NCBI GenBank assembly: GCA_041669715.1
Contig: JBAYAP010000001.1
Location: 1 to 35,558 of the forward strand
DNA from: Acholeplasmataceae bacterium
GTDB lineage: Bacteria; Bacillota_I; Bacilli_A; Acholeplasmatales; Acholeplasmataceae
DNA: 35,558 nt
Direction: 5' to 3'
How positions within the stretch are numbered: position 1 is the first letter of the stretch; each line of letters starts with the position of its first letter. A program made the position numbers and the translations under genes. Of this stretch, positions 7,169 to 16,685 are shown one piece after another. The notes under the pieces were generated by a model that was not told the origin of the DNA, did not search any database, and worked only from the letters and a program-made list of their open reading frames with translations.

Positions 7169-10158
7169 AACGTTTCTCTTATTTTTCTAAGTAGTATAGG
7201 TGCTGGTAATTCTTTATAGATTGGACCTTCAATATATTTAATGCCTATTCTTTGATAAGCTTCTTTTTGATCTTTTAATTTAACGCCTCTCATAATTAAC
7301 GCCATTTGAAAATCATCAAGCATTGTTTTTATTGTTTTTAAATATTCAAAAAACTTTACACTTTCGGGTTGAACATCTAAATGAAGTGCATGAAAAGGAT
7401 AATGAATTGCTGTATCCAAACTAGTTGTATCCAACGTGATACCCGCATCAATTAATTCTTGAATTTGTGTAGCATAGACTTTAGGACGTAAATCCATTTG
7501 ACATTTAAGTCTTATAAATTCATAAGGAATACCATATGATTTTAATGTGCCAAGTAAAAATGAATTAAATTTTGAATCAACAAATGTTTGTCTTGAAACA
7601 GGTATAGTGATTTTAATTAAACGTTCTGTTTGTTTTTCTAAATCTACTAAAAACTCACATACCTTTTCAATATGAAAATGCTCAATATCAATTAATCGAT
7701 TACGCTTTTCCGCTATTGCCAATAAATATTTACTATCAATGGTTAATTCAGTCATCACCAATTCACTTTCATACTGCCAAACAATATTTTTTGACATATC
7801 AATGATTTGATTAAACACCAACCCTATTTGTCTAGTTTCTATAGCTACATTTAAGTAATCAATAACTTGTTGTTCAAATAATTCTTCTTCATAATCATGA
7901 TAAACAAAGAAATATATTTCTTCTTCTTTATTTCTTTTTGCTTTTTGTAAAGCAATATCAAAGAATCGATATAATTTTTCTTTTTGCTTTTCTACAGTAA
8001 CAACTGGATATCTAAGCACCCCAATCGAAACATCAATTTTTTCATAATTTAGAACTTGCGATTGATATTGTTCAAGCATCTTTACATAATCTTTTAATAC
8101 TTTCGTAATTGCTCTAATATCATTTTGCGGATAAGCAACTAAAACTTGATTAAAATCAAATCGATAAATTTGGGCATCCGTGAAATATTTTTTAGTCAAT
8201 TGCGCAAATTCTTTAAAGAATAAATGCATTTGATCTGCACCATAAATATGTTTCATTTGATCATTTAATTCAATTAGACAAAAACTAACCTTTTCATCTT
8301 TTAATTCATCCATTGCCAAATTAAGCGCATATTGATTGTATAAACCTGAAGATTGATCAACCGTTGCCTGATTCATAAGTTCTTTTGCTTCATCAATCTC
8401 TTTCGTTTGATCATAAAAGAAACTCATAATATAAGTTTCATCCCCTTCTTTAAAACTAAACATTTTTTCTAATATATGTCTATTTTGATATGTATACATC
8501 AATTGTTTCATCTCACCAGATCGTTTTAAACAGCTTTGAATGCTATCTTGATACTCTCTAACATATTCATAAGAAACATCTCTTAAAAACAATTCTAAGT
8601 GATAATGCTTATCAATATCAAATAGTTTCATTGCTGCATCATTATATGTTGAACTTAGTTCACTATATAAACGATAAGCAATGATTGGTGCATTTAAAAT
8701 TTGTCGATACATATGATTTTCTTTTTTAAAATTGACAAGCTTTTTTTCATCCAATATATGAACAAATAAAATACTAGAAACAAGCTTTAATAAATCATAA
8801 TACATTGCTGGATCACTTAATGCTTCGCTTAAATAAACAGAAAAAACACCAAGATCACCTAATGGAAAAGCATATACAAATTGAACATCTTCTTCATAAT
8901 CTTTTTGTGTGATAATATTTTTTTGCCATTTAAACGTTTTTGTAAGTTCATAAATATCTTCACCTGTATGAAGCACATGAGCAATCACAGTTTCAGAAAC
9001 CATCATTGAGGTTAACGACTTATCATAGAGTCGTTCTTTTTTATAAAAATAAAAATTAGGATCTAAATCATTTAAATAGACCATCATTTCTTTAGCTTCT
9101 ATATATTTTTCAAAATGAATAAAAAATATTCTTAAATATTCACGTAAAGGTAATTGATCGTCAATTAAATGTGAATACTCAATTAAATCTGTACTAATTT
9201 CAAGGTTTTGCATTAAATTTTTAGAAATTAATGATTTTTTTTCTTGTTTCTCGATAATAATAATCGGTTCTTTTTCTTTATCAAGAACTTTTTGATTAAT
9301 CTTTTTAACAGAGGATTTTTTTATTCGTTTTAATTTTTTTTGATATAGATCTAATGATAATTTATTATCTAAAGCTTCATAAACTTTTATTAAAAGTTCA
9401 TAGACTTGTTCTTGATAGAATTCATCTTCTTCTTCAAATTTTTCTTCATATTCAGCATCTAAATTAGATGCTTTTAAATAATCTTTTTGAAGAAAATATA
9501 TATGAAGCAAATGCAATACAATCGGCATATCAAATGGTTGTTCTTTATTTGCTTCAATCGCCTTTTGTCTTGCTTCATCTAAGCGTTCTAACTTAATTAA
9601 TAATTCTAATTCTTTCGCTAAATACTCATTTTTTAAATCAAATAAATATAATTGATGAACTTGATTTAATGCCATTTCATATTGATGATCTTTATCGTAT
9701 AATTGAACAAGTTCATTTAAACAATATATTTTAACTTGATCAGGAATCATATCTTGAAGAACTTTTAATACATCATTTAAATAAGGCTCATTTAAAGCTT
9801 TTTTATATATAATGTCATCAAGTGAACCTAAATATTGATTAATAACCGGTAAGGCTTCTTTTCTTAATGTGATTAAACGTTTAGCATCATCATATTTACC
9901 AAGTTCAATACTTGAATCAATTAAATGCTTAAGTATCTTTTCATAATAAAGTGTTTCATCTTGATTTTGAATTTCCTTTAATATAGCATTCCCTTCTTCA
10001 TAAACCAATTCAAAAAGCGATAGTTCCATCGCTATTTCAAAATAATAATTATATGCAGCCTGATAATCAAGATGACTTAAAGTTTGATTTAAGAAATCTT
10101 TAATAATTGGTAGGCTATGAGGTTGTTTTTCAAGATTTAAAACATCAGCTAAACGCAA
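7165..10158 (-). CDS. TPR-like + GAF/PAS-like + degenerate GGDEF + degenerate EAL domain protein
   Basis: ATVDQSSGLYN starts a GGDEF domain but the active site reads YRFDFNQ. The EAL domain (LVFNQIIDMSKNIVWQYESEL, MRGVK, IKYIEGPIY) lacks the EAL and DDFGTG motifs. N-terminal helical repeats. Start probably TTG 10158, since GAGGTG looks like the RBS (track start GTG 10167). Confidence 0.78.
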   Translation of the reverse strand: MRLADVLNLEKQPHSLPIIKDFLNQTLSHLDYQAAYNYYFEIAMELSLFELVYEEGNAILKEIQNQDETLYYEKILKHLIDSSIELGKYDDAKRLITLRKEALPVINQYLGSLDDIIYKKALNEPYLNDVLKVLQDMIPDQVKIYCLNELVQLYDKDHQYEMALNQVHQLYLFDLKNEYLAKELELLIKLERLDEARQKAIEANKEQPFDMPIVLHLLHIYFLQKDYLKASNLDAEYEEKFEEEDEFYQEQVYELLIKVYEALDNKLSLDLYQKKLKRIKKSSVKKINQKVLDKEKEPIIIIEKQEKKSLISKNLMQNLEISTDLIEYSHLIDDQLPLREYLRIFFIHFEKYIEAKEMMVYLNDLDPNFYFYKKERLYDKSLTSMMVSETVIAHVLHTGEDIYELTKTFKWQKNIITQKDYEEDVQFVYAFPLGDLGVFSVYLSEALSDPAMYYDLLKLVSSILFVHILDEKKLVNFKKENHMYRQILNAPIIAYRLYSELSSTYNDAAMKLFDIDKHYHLELFLRDVSYEYVREYQDSIQSCLKRSGEMKQLMYTYQNRHILEKMFSFKEGDETYIMSFFYDQTKEIDEAKELMNQATVDQSSGLYNQYALNLAMDELKDEKVSFCLIELNDQMKHIYGADQMHLFFKEFAQLTKKYFTDAQIYRFDFNQVLVAYPQNDIRAITKVLKDYVKMLEQYQSQVLNYEKIDVSIGVLRYPVVTVEKQKEKLYRFFDIALQKAKRNKEEEIYFFVYHDYEEELFEQQVIDYLNVAIETRQIGLVFNQIIDMSKNIVWQYESELVMTELTIDSKYLLAIAEKRNRLIDIEHFHIEKVCEFLVDLEKQTERLIKITIPVSRQTFVDSKFNSFLLGTLKSYGIPYEFIRLKCQMDLRPKVYATQIQELIDAGITLDTTSLDTAIHYPFHALHLDVQPESVKFFEYLKTIKTMLDDFQMALIMRGVKLKDQKEAYQRIGIKYIEGPIYKELPAPILLRKIRETL

Positions 10159-10214
10159 ATAATACACCTCAATTGTTAAATACTAATTAAAATTATATAA
10201 ATAATATATTTATT

Positions 10215-11084
10215 TTAGTTCATTTCTAAATATAGTTTTTCTGCTAAATCTAAATATTTTTCTGCAAGCATTTTAAAATCAAATCCAACATCTTTTGATA
10301 AACCACTTATATCTTTACGGGTTGCCACTTGATGCCATTGAAGCGCTTGAAACATCCGATAAAATCTTACAATATCTTGTTCTTTTTTAGTTGCTTTTCT
10401 ACCTAAATAAGCATCTAATAATACGAGAGCGTCTTCAAATTTAACATTTCCAAAACTTGCAATATCATAATAGAATTCATTATATCCAGCATATTCCCAA
10501 TCTAGCAAGTATAATTGTTTTTGACCAATAACAATATTTGATCTTTGCGCATCATTATGACAAAATACTTTTGGTTGACTAGCGCGTTCTTTTAAATATT
10601 TATTGACCCAGACTTTCTTTAATTCTAAATATTTATTACTTCTAATATTTGTAAAAGTTTCATATAAATCTAATCGCTTGATTAGTTCATAATCACTAGC
10701 AGGTTCAATTTTTGTTTGATGTAATGTTTTAAGAGCAAAAACAATTTCACTTAAATGCTCATGAAAATCTAAATCTGTAAGTACTGCACCTTCAACAAAT
10801 TTTGCTGCTTTATCGCCAGAAACAACATCAAAATAAACTGTTTCATTATTTAATTTAAGTGGAATAATACGATTTAAGTTTTCTAGTTCTGTTTTTCTAT
10901 CAACAAATAGATTACCATCCATACCAATAATACGATAAGTATAATCCTTATTTTCAATTCGAATATGATAAGTCAAATGACTCATACCGCCCATAAGTCG
11001 GTTAATTATCAAAACCTTATCTTCCGTTGTTTCAAATGCTTTTGCAGCATGTGCTTTAATTAATCTTTCATTTTTATCTATCAT
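10215..11084 (-). CDS. Choline/ethanolamine kinase-family phosphotransferase
   Basis: GGMSH, Brenner-type FCHNDAQRSN, LLDWEYAG..YYDIA. Confidence 0.85.
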   Translation of the reverse strand: MIDKNERLIKAHAAKAFETTEDKVLIINRLMGGMSHLTYHIRIENKDYTYRIIGMDGNLFVDRKTELENLNRIIPLKLNNETVYFDVVSGDKAAKFVEGAVLTDLDFHEHLSEIVFALKTLHQTKIEPASDYELIKRLDLYETFTNIRSNKYLELKKVWVNKYLKERASQPKVFCHNDAQRSNIVIGQKQLYLLDWEYAGYNEFYYDIASFGNVKFEDALVLLDAYLGRKATKKEQDIVRFYRMFQALQWHQVATRKDISGLSKDVGFDFKMLAEKYLDLAEKLYLEMN

Positions 11085-11521
11085 AGTTCATAAAAGGTGA
11101 CTTGACCGTTATCATAAATTGCATAGCTTTTATGATAATCACCTAACGCTCCTGGATTCAATATAGTTATATTTTGGTCAATTTCTAAATATTGTTGATG
11201 GGTATGGCCAAAGACCACAAGATCAACATTTAATTGTTTTGCATAAAATTTCAATATATCTAAATTATGTTTTACATGTTCAATATGGCCATGTGTTAAT
11301 AATACCTTTAAGCCATTTAAATCAAAGACCCTTTTAAGAGGTTCACTGGTAAAAAAATCATTGTTACCTTTAACCGTAATTATATGATATTTTTGATAAA
11401 CATGTGAATCTAAACACATGTCACCAGCATTAATATGGAAATCAACATCCTTATGCTTTGCAATTACTTCAACTAATCTTTCTTCATGTCCATGAACATC
11501 ACTTGTAATTAATAATTTCAT
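11081..11521 (-). CDS. YfcE/YsnB-family metallophosphodiesterase
   Basis: SDVHG, AGD, KGNND, THGH, FGHTH, NPG motifs; follows rdgB as in Bacillus ysnA-ysnB. Confidence 0.9.
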   Translation of the reverse strand: MKLLITSDVHGHEERLVEVIAKHKDVDFHINAGDMCLDSHVYQKYHIITVKGNNDFFTSEPLKRVFDLNGLKVLLTHGHIEHVKHNLDILKFYAKQLNVDLVVFGHTHQQYLEIDQNITILNPGALGDYHKSYAIYDNGQVTFYEL

Positions 11522-12086
11522 CTAAATGTTCCTTTACTTGTTTTAATGCCTGTGCGCGATGCGATATTTTATTTTTTATTTCCATATCAAGTTCAGCCAT
11601 ATGCTTATCATAGTTTGGCAAATAAAATATCGGATCATAACCAAAGCCATTTGAACCCTTAGGCTCATAAGCAATTAAACCTTCAATACTACCTTCATAA
11701 TGAAATATATGACCATCTGGAAAATAAATAACAATCACCGATGTAAATTGTGCTTTTCTATTTTTTATCAATTTCATTTCATCAAGTAATTTTTGATTGT
11801 TATCAATATCAAGTCCACCACTATATCTTTTAGAATAAATACCTGGCTTTCCACCTAACGCATCAACAGCTAAGCCAGAATCATCAGAAATGGTAATCAT
11901 TTGATATTTATTAGCATAATATTTTGCCTTAATAATAGCATTTTCTAAAAATGTTTTTCCATTTTCAACAACTTCATCTTGGTCGTTAAAAAATGATAAA
12001 TCTATAAGTTCAATCTCATATCCGTTAAAAATATGCGATATTTCTACGATTTTATGCTTGTTTTGACTTGCTAACAATAGTTTCAT
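11499..12086 (-). CDS. rdgB: Non-canonical purine NTP pyrophosphatase (RdgB/HAM1)
   Basis: ASQNKHK, SDDSGL, PGIYSKR, GFGYDPIF, ISHR; ATG 12086 after GTGGGG. Confidence 0.95.
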   Translation of the reverse strand: MKLLLASQNKHKIVEISHIFNGYEIELIDLSFFNDQDEVVENGKTFLENAIIKAKYYANKYQMITISDDSGLAVDALGGKPGIYSKRYSGGLDIDNNQKLLDEMKLIKNRKAQFTSVIVIYFPDGHIFHYEGSIEGLIAYEPKGSNGFGYDPIFYLPNYDKHMAELDMEIKNKISHRAQALKQVKEHLDEIINYK

Positions 12087-12190
12087 TAATAACCCCACAT
12101 TTTCTTTACATTACATATTTTATCACATTTTTATCGATATAACTATCAATTAAACTGCACATACGATATAATGATTACAGGTGATAAATA

Positions 12191-13678
12191 ATGCATAATG
12201 AAAACAAAAATAATCCTGAAAATAACATTTTAGAATTTGAAGAATTATTTAAAGATGAATTAAAAAGAAAAAAAACAATTGACCAACCAAAAGATAATAA
12301 ACGTCGTTATATTTATGCAATTATATATTATCTATTGGTCATGTTTATCCTTGCAAGTATTATACAAATCATTTTTTTATCTAATGAGCATAATATTCAG
12401 TACTACATGCAAGATGATGTTGTTTTAAGTGATCTCGTTAATGATACCAATGGTATTGCGATTTTAGATACAACTGTTTATGAAACTGATTATGAAAAAA
12501 ATTATAGTAATTATGTTGATCAATTAGGTTATTATGATAATTATTCTGTTTTAGTTAATGTTAACAATTCATTTTTAACTAATTTAGATGATATTTCCAA
12601 ACAAACGTTAGCAACATCATTTATAGAAGGTACAAATTTTTATTGGGATTTAAATAATGAATATCCTATCACAATTTATATTAGTGATCAATTATCCATT
12701 TATCAGAGTTTAGATAGTCAATATGTTCATTTAGTATCTTTAGCTAATAAAATGATTGATCAAATTGTTTTAGACGAAGAAAGCATAGGATTTATCAACA
12801 AAACTTTCTATGACACATATTTTGCTGATTATAGTGATCAAGTAAACGTTCATATAGACTTAAACTATACTGATTACTATATGATTTATAATTTAAATAA
12901 CACTGATCAAACACTGATTGAATCTGATTATTACTCTTTACAACAAATATTTTCAGGTACTCAAACTTTGTGGAGTAATAATAATTTAATTACTTTATAT
13001 CATTATACCAATCAAGATATACCAACCGTAACAATAGATACACCTAATGAAGCAACAGTCACTTATATGGAATGGGACTTAACTGGTTTTGCCAATGGTT
13101 TAATTAACTTTCTTGTGTATATTCTCATCTTACCAGTTATTATAATAATACTTAAACCTAATTTAGCCTATGATCTTGAAATGACTAAAAAAGCCGAAAA
13201 AACAAAAATAATTGGATTTATCATTACCGGTTATGTATTCTTAATATTTGCCAATTTTATATCACAATTAATTTCTAATGGTTTATCAAGTTTATTCAAT
13301 CAGCCTATCGAAGAATCTGTCAATCAAATAGCAATTGAATCAATACTTAACTCTAATGGTGCAGTATTTGTTATTCTCAGTGCAATTTTAATCGGGCCTA
13401 TTGTTGAAGAATTAATTTTTAGAAAATCAATATTTGGTTTAATCAAAAATCAATACGTAGCTTTAGTTGTCTCAGCATTTGTTTTTGGAGCAATCCATCT
13501 AACTGGTGAAACTTCAATTGTTAGTGCATTAATCAATGGGATTAGTTATATAATAATGGGATTTGTATTTGGAATTATTTATATACGACTACAAAAAAAT
13601 ATTTTTTATCCTATTGCAGTTCATGTCTTATCAAATTTAATTAGTATTATCGGAATCTTAATAACACTTTATACTTAA
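12191..13678 (+). CDS. CPBP (CAAX/Abi) intramembrane metalloprotease with large duplicated extracytoplasmic insert
   Basis: EELIFR, FGAIH and HVLSN motifs; one N-terminal TM then ~230 aa soluble region. Confidence 0.88.
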   Translation: MHNENKNNPENNILEFEELFKDELKRKKTIDQPKDNKRRYIYAIIYYLLVMFILASIIQIIFLSNEHNIQYYMQDDVVLSDLVNDTNGIAILDTTVYETDYEKNYSNYVDQLGYYDNYSVLVNVNNSFLTNLDDISKQTLATSFIEGTNFYWDLNNEYPITIYISDQLSIYQSLDSQYVHLVSLANKMIDQIVLDEESIGFINKTFYDTYFADYSDQVNVHIDLNYTDYYMIYNLNNTDQTLIESDYYSLQQIFSGTQTLWSNNNLITLYHYTNQDIPTVTIDTPNEATVTYMEWDLTGFANGLINFLVYILILPVIIIILKPNLAYDLEMTKKAEKTKIIGFIITGYVFLIFANFISQLISNGLSSLFNQPIEESVNQIAIESILNSNGAVFVILSAILIGPIVEELIFRKSIFGLIKNQYVALVVSAFVFGAIHLTGETSIVSALINGISYIIMGFVFGIIYIRLQKNIFYPIAVHVLSNLISIIGILITLYT

Positions 13679-13682
13679 TGAT

Positions 13683-13720
13683 AAAAAACCTCTCAATTTG
13701 ATTGAGAGGTTTGTTTTTTA
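13683..13720. terminator. Bidirectional intrinsic terminator
   Basis: AACCTCTCAAT-TTG-ATTGAGAGGTT with A tract left and T tract right, between convergent genes. Confidence 0.88.
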
Positions 13721-13722
13721 TA

Positions 13723-14115
13723 TTAATCATTAAATTCAGAAGGATCAATAATTGTCGAGTCACTATTAATCTCTAAATATTTTATTTTTGTAATAATCTC
13801 TTGATGATTTTCTGTATCAGAATAATTAAAATGTGTACTGTAGTTTATTTTTTTATTATATATATAAACCAATGTAGATTTTTCATATATATTTTGTTCA
13901 TCTAAATACTTATAATCAATTAAGTAATAATATGAACCTTGATCATCATATCTGACAACCTGAGTAACTTCATAATCAACTGTTGTCATAAGTTGACTAA
14001 AATCTGATATCACATAATCATCAGTATGTTTATACATTTGATGATACATAGCAAATGACATTAAAAAAACAAAGATGACTGCACTAAGAATTGAAACGCG
14101 TCGTTTACTAAGCAT
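13723..14115 (-). CDS. Hypothetical membrane-anchored/secreted protein
   Basis: Basic N-terminus plus one TM helix; RBS AAGGAGG. Confidence 0.75.
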   Translation of the reverse strand: MLSKRRVSILSAVIFVFLMSFAMYHQMYKHTDDYVISDFSQLMTTVDYEVTQVVRYDDQGSYYYLIDYKYLDEQNIYEKSTLVYIYNKKINYSTHFNYSDTENHQEIITKIKYLEINSDSTIIDPSEFND

Positions 14116-14265
14116 GATGATACCTCCTTTGATTTCAAAATCTTTTTTTACACTATCATTTTATATCAAAAACTCATATAAAAACAGGGCACATATGTCC
14201 TATTATTTAATAATTTTTAAAAAATTTCTGATTTTAAGCTTTAAAATAGAATCTTTATAAATGAA

Positions 14266-15228
14266 TTAAAGAACACTTTCAGTTTCTTTTAAAATATTAG
14301 CACATAAAGTTAAATGGTACATTTTAGCATAATCCATTGCTGTTTTATTAAGTCGATCTTTTTTAAGCAGGATTTGTCTTTCAACGAGTTTTCTTAAATA
14401 TATATGGTCACGATTTAATACAGCAATCGCCAATGCTTGTTTTTTTGCTAAATTTTCATATTTAGGAGTTTGGATATAATCATTTAAGTAATCTAAAATA
14501 TCTAATTTATTAAATATCATAGCATTATCAATAGGTGTCTCATATCTTCTATTTTTAATATCTAAATAAGCATCATAGTTTAAAAGTAATTTAACCGTAT
14601 CAAGCGTACCAAAACGAACAGCATTAAATAATGGTGTTTCAAATAAATCATTTAATGCATTAGGATCTAAACCTTCTAATAAGAGTTTTTCAATAAGTTT
14701 TATATTTGAAGTTTTTGCTGCATGATGCAACAAGGTAAGTCCTGAGTTATCTTTTAAATCGTATGATTGTTTACTAAGTTTTAATATATAATCAATTAAA
14801 TCAACTTGTCCACCAGCAATTGCATAATGTATAGGTAATTTACCTTCTTGCGTTTCTTTATTTAGTAAAGCACCTGATTCAATCAATAATTTAATCATAT
14901 TGATATCACCTTTAATACATGCTAAATGAATAGGGGCCTCTTGATTTCTGTTTTCAATATTGACATTTGCTAATTTAAAAATAAGTAATTTAGCAATATG
15001 AATCTTACCTTTTCTAACACAGTCAAATAACGGTGTTTCACCATAGTGATCTTTCAAATTAACTGATATATTTAAATCGAGCAAAAAAGAAATAACATCC
15101 ATTGCACTACCAGATACTGCATAGTGTAACAAACTTTTTTTTGATTCATCCACCATTTCTAAATAAGTCATATTATTTTTAACAAATTCAAGATCATTTG
15201 AAGCAGCTTTAATGAAAACTTCATCCAT
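14266..15228 (-). CDS. Ankyrin repeat protein
   Basis: About 7-8 repeats with ~33 aa period (SLLHYAV, TPLFDCV, APIHLAC, LPIHYAI, TLLHHAA, TPLFNAV, TPIDNAM); ATG 15228 after GGTGG. Confidence 0.92.
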   Translation of the reverse strand: MDEVFIKAASNDLEFVKNNMTYLEMVDESKKSLLHYAVSGSAMDVISFLLDLNISVNLKDHYGETPLFDCVRKGKIHIAKLLIFKLANVNIENRNQEAPIHLACIKGDINMIKLLIESGALLNKETQEGKLPIHYAIAGGQVDLIDYILKLSKQSYDLKDNSGLTLLHHAAKTSNIKLIEKLLLEGLDPNALNDLFETPLFNAVRFGTLDTVKLLLNYDAYLDIKNRRYETPIDNAMIFNKLDILDYLNDYIQTPKYENLAKKQALAIAVLNRDHIYLRKLVERQILLKKDRLNKTAMDYAKMYHLTLCANILKETESVL

Positions 15229-15275
15229 AGAACCACCACCCATATCCATTTTATCTTATTTTTGAAAAAAATAGC

Positions 15276-15311
15276 AAAAAAAATTGTCAATCCATAAGAT
15301 AGACAATTTTT
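15276..15311 (-). terminator. Intrinsic terminator after hup
   Basis: AAAAATTGTC..GACAATTTTT stem with extra T tract on - strand. Confidence 0.72.
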
Positions 15312-15318
15312 CTAAATA

Positions 15319-15594
15319 TTATTTTACTGCATCTTTTAACAATTTACCTGCTTTAAAAGCCGGAGATTTTTGTGCAGGTACTGTAATAACTTCACCTGTA
15401 CGTGGATTTTTACCCATTCGTTGAGCACGATGTCTTACTTCAAAAGTACCAAATCCTGTAACAACTACTTTTTCTTCTCTTCTACCTAATGTTTCAGATA
15501 TTGTGTCTGTTATTGCCCCCAATACTTCTTCAGCAACTTTTTGTGTAACACCTGTTCTGTTTGCAACTACTGCAACTAATTCAGTTTTATTCAT
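15319..15594 (-). CDS. hup: Histone-like DNA-binding protein HU
   Basis: MNKTELV..GFGTFEV..GKNPRTGE..PAFKAGKLLKDAVK. Confidence 0.97.
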   Translation of the reverse strand: MNKTELVAVVANRTGVTQKVAEEVLGAITDTISETLGRREEKVVVTGFGTFEVRHRAQRMGKNPRTGEVITVPAQKSPAFKAGKLLKDAVK

Positions 15595-15619
15595 TTAATT
15601 ACCTCCTTAAAGTAATTTC

Positions 15620-15648
15620 ATTTTATCAATTTTTTTAATAAAAAGCAA
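15620..15648 (-). promoter_or_regulatory. Sigma-70/SigA promoter of hup
   Basis: TTGCTT-17 nt-TAAAAT with TG extension (TGATAAAAT), upstream of RBS AAGGAGG. Confidence 0.65.
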
Positions 15649-15689
15649 TCTTTTATTAAATATAATCGCTTTATTAAGACAATTATCTA

Positions 15690-16685
15690 TTAAAAGTCCT
15701 CTGCTTTAAGCTCTCTAGACAATAATTTTGTAACCGCTTCACTAATTGTGATGTATTTATTAATCATTTGATAAGCTACTTGTATCATCGGTAATTCGAT
15801 ATTATTTTTATCTGCTAACTCATGCATGGCATCAATTGTTCTAATACCTTCAATGGTTTGTTCTTGTTCTTTATAGATTTGTTCAAGCGAAAATCCTTGA
15901 CCTAATTTTTTGCCTGCTTTAAAGTTTCTAGAGTTTTCTGAAGATGCTGTTACGATTAAATCTCCAACACCCGTTAAGCCAAATGCGGTTTCTTTTTTAC
16001 CACCCATAAACTCAACAACTCTTACGATTTCTACAATACCTCTTGTTATAACCGCTGCTCTTGCATTTTCACCTAAACCCATACCTGTACATGCGCCAGA
16101 TATAACTGCAATAGCGTTTTTAACAGCACCACCAACTTCACAACCAATTAAATCATTAGATGTATATACTCTTAAGTATTGATCATTTGAAAATACTTGT
16201 TGCATCGTTTTAGCTAACGCTTGATCACGACTTGAAGCCACCAATAATGTTAATTTTCTTAAAATGACTTCTTCAGCATGTGATGGACCAGTTAAGACAA
16301 CAAAACCTTTATTTTTGCTTGAATCAATTTCTTCATCTACAATTTCACTCACACGTTTAGACGTGCCAGGTTCAATACCTTTTGAAACATTAATAAATAT
16401 ACTAGGTGTTGAAATCTCTTTATTAATTTGAATTAATACTTGTCTTATTACCTTAGTAGGTACGCTTAATAAATAAATATTTGAAAATCCAATAACTTCT
16501 TTAAAATTTGAAGTTGCAATCAACTTATCTGGCAAAACTGTATCAAAAAATGGATGAAGATGATGATTAATTTTTTCAACATGACTGTCTAAAATATCAT
16601 AAATCATGACTTCGTGTCCGTTATCAATAAGTACTTGTCCAAGTGTAGTGCCCCATGCACCACCACCAATAATACTAAACTTCAT
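15690..16685 (-). CDS. gpsA: NAD(P)H-dependent glycerol-3-phosphate dehydrogenase
   Basis: GGGAWGT, SKGIE, GPSHAEEV, GGAVKN, GVGDLIVT..SRN; ATG 16685 overlaps the end of der. Confidence 0.96.
   Translation of the reverse strand: MKFSIIGGGAWGTTLGQVLIDNGHEVMIYDILDSHVEKINHHLHPFFDTVLPDKLIATSNFKEVIGFSNIYLLSVPTKVIRQVLIQINKEISTPSIFINVSKGIEPGTSKRVSEIVDEEIDSSKNKGFVVLTGPSHAEEVILRKLTLLVASSRDQALAKTMQQVFSNDQYLRVYTSNDLIGCEVGGAVKNAIAVISGACTGMGLGENARAAVITRGIVEIVRVVEFMGGKKETAFGLTGVGDLIVTASSENSRNFKAGKKLGQGFSLEQIYKEQEQTIEGIRTIDAMHELADKNNIELPMIQVAYQMINKYITISEAVTKLLSRELKAEDF

Noticed and set aside
12191-13678. CPBP 'Abi' protein as an abortive-infection system
   Set aside because: The Abi name for this protease family is historical; nothing here indicates phage defence
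14075-14260. 61 aa + strand ORF
   Set aside because: Antisense overlap with the start and RBS of 13723..14115; no RBS or recognisable motif
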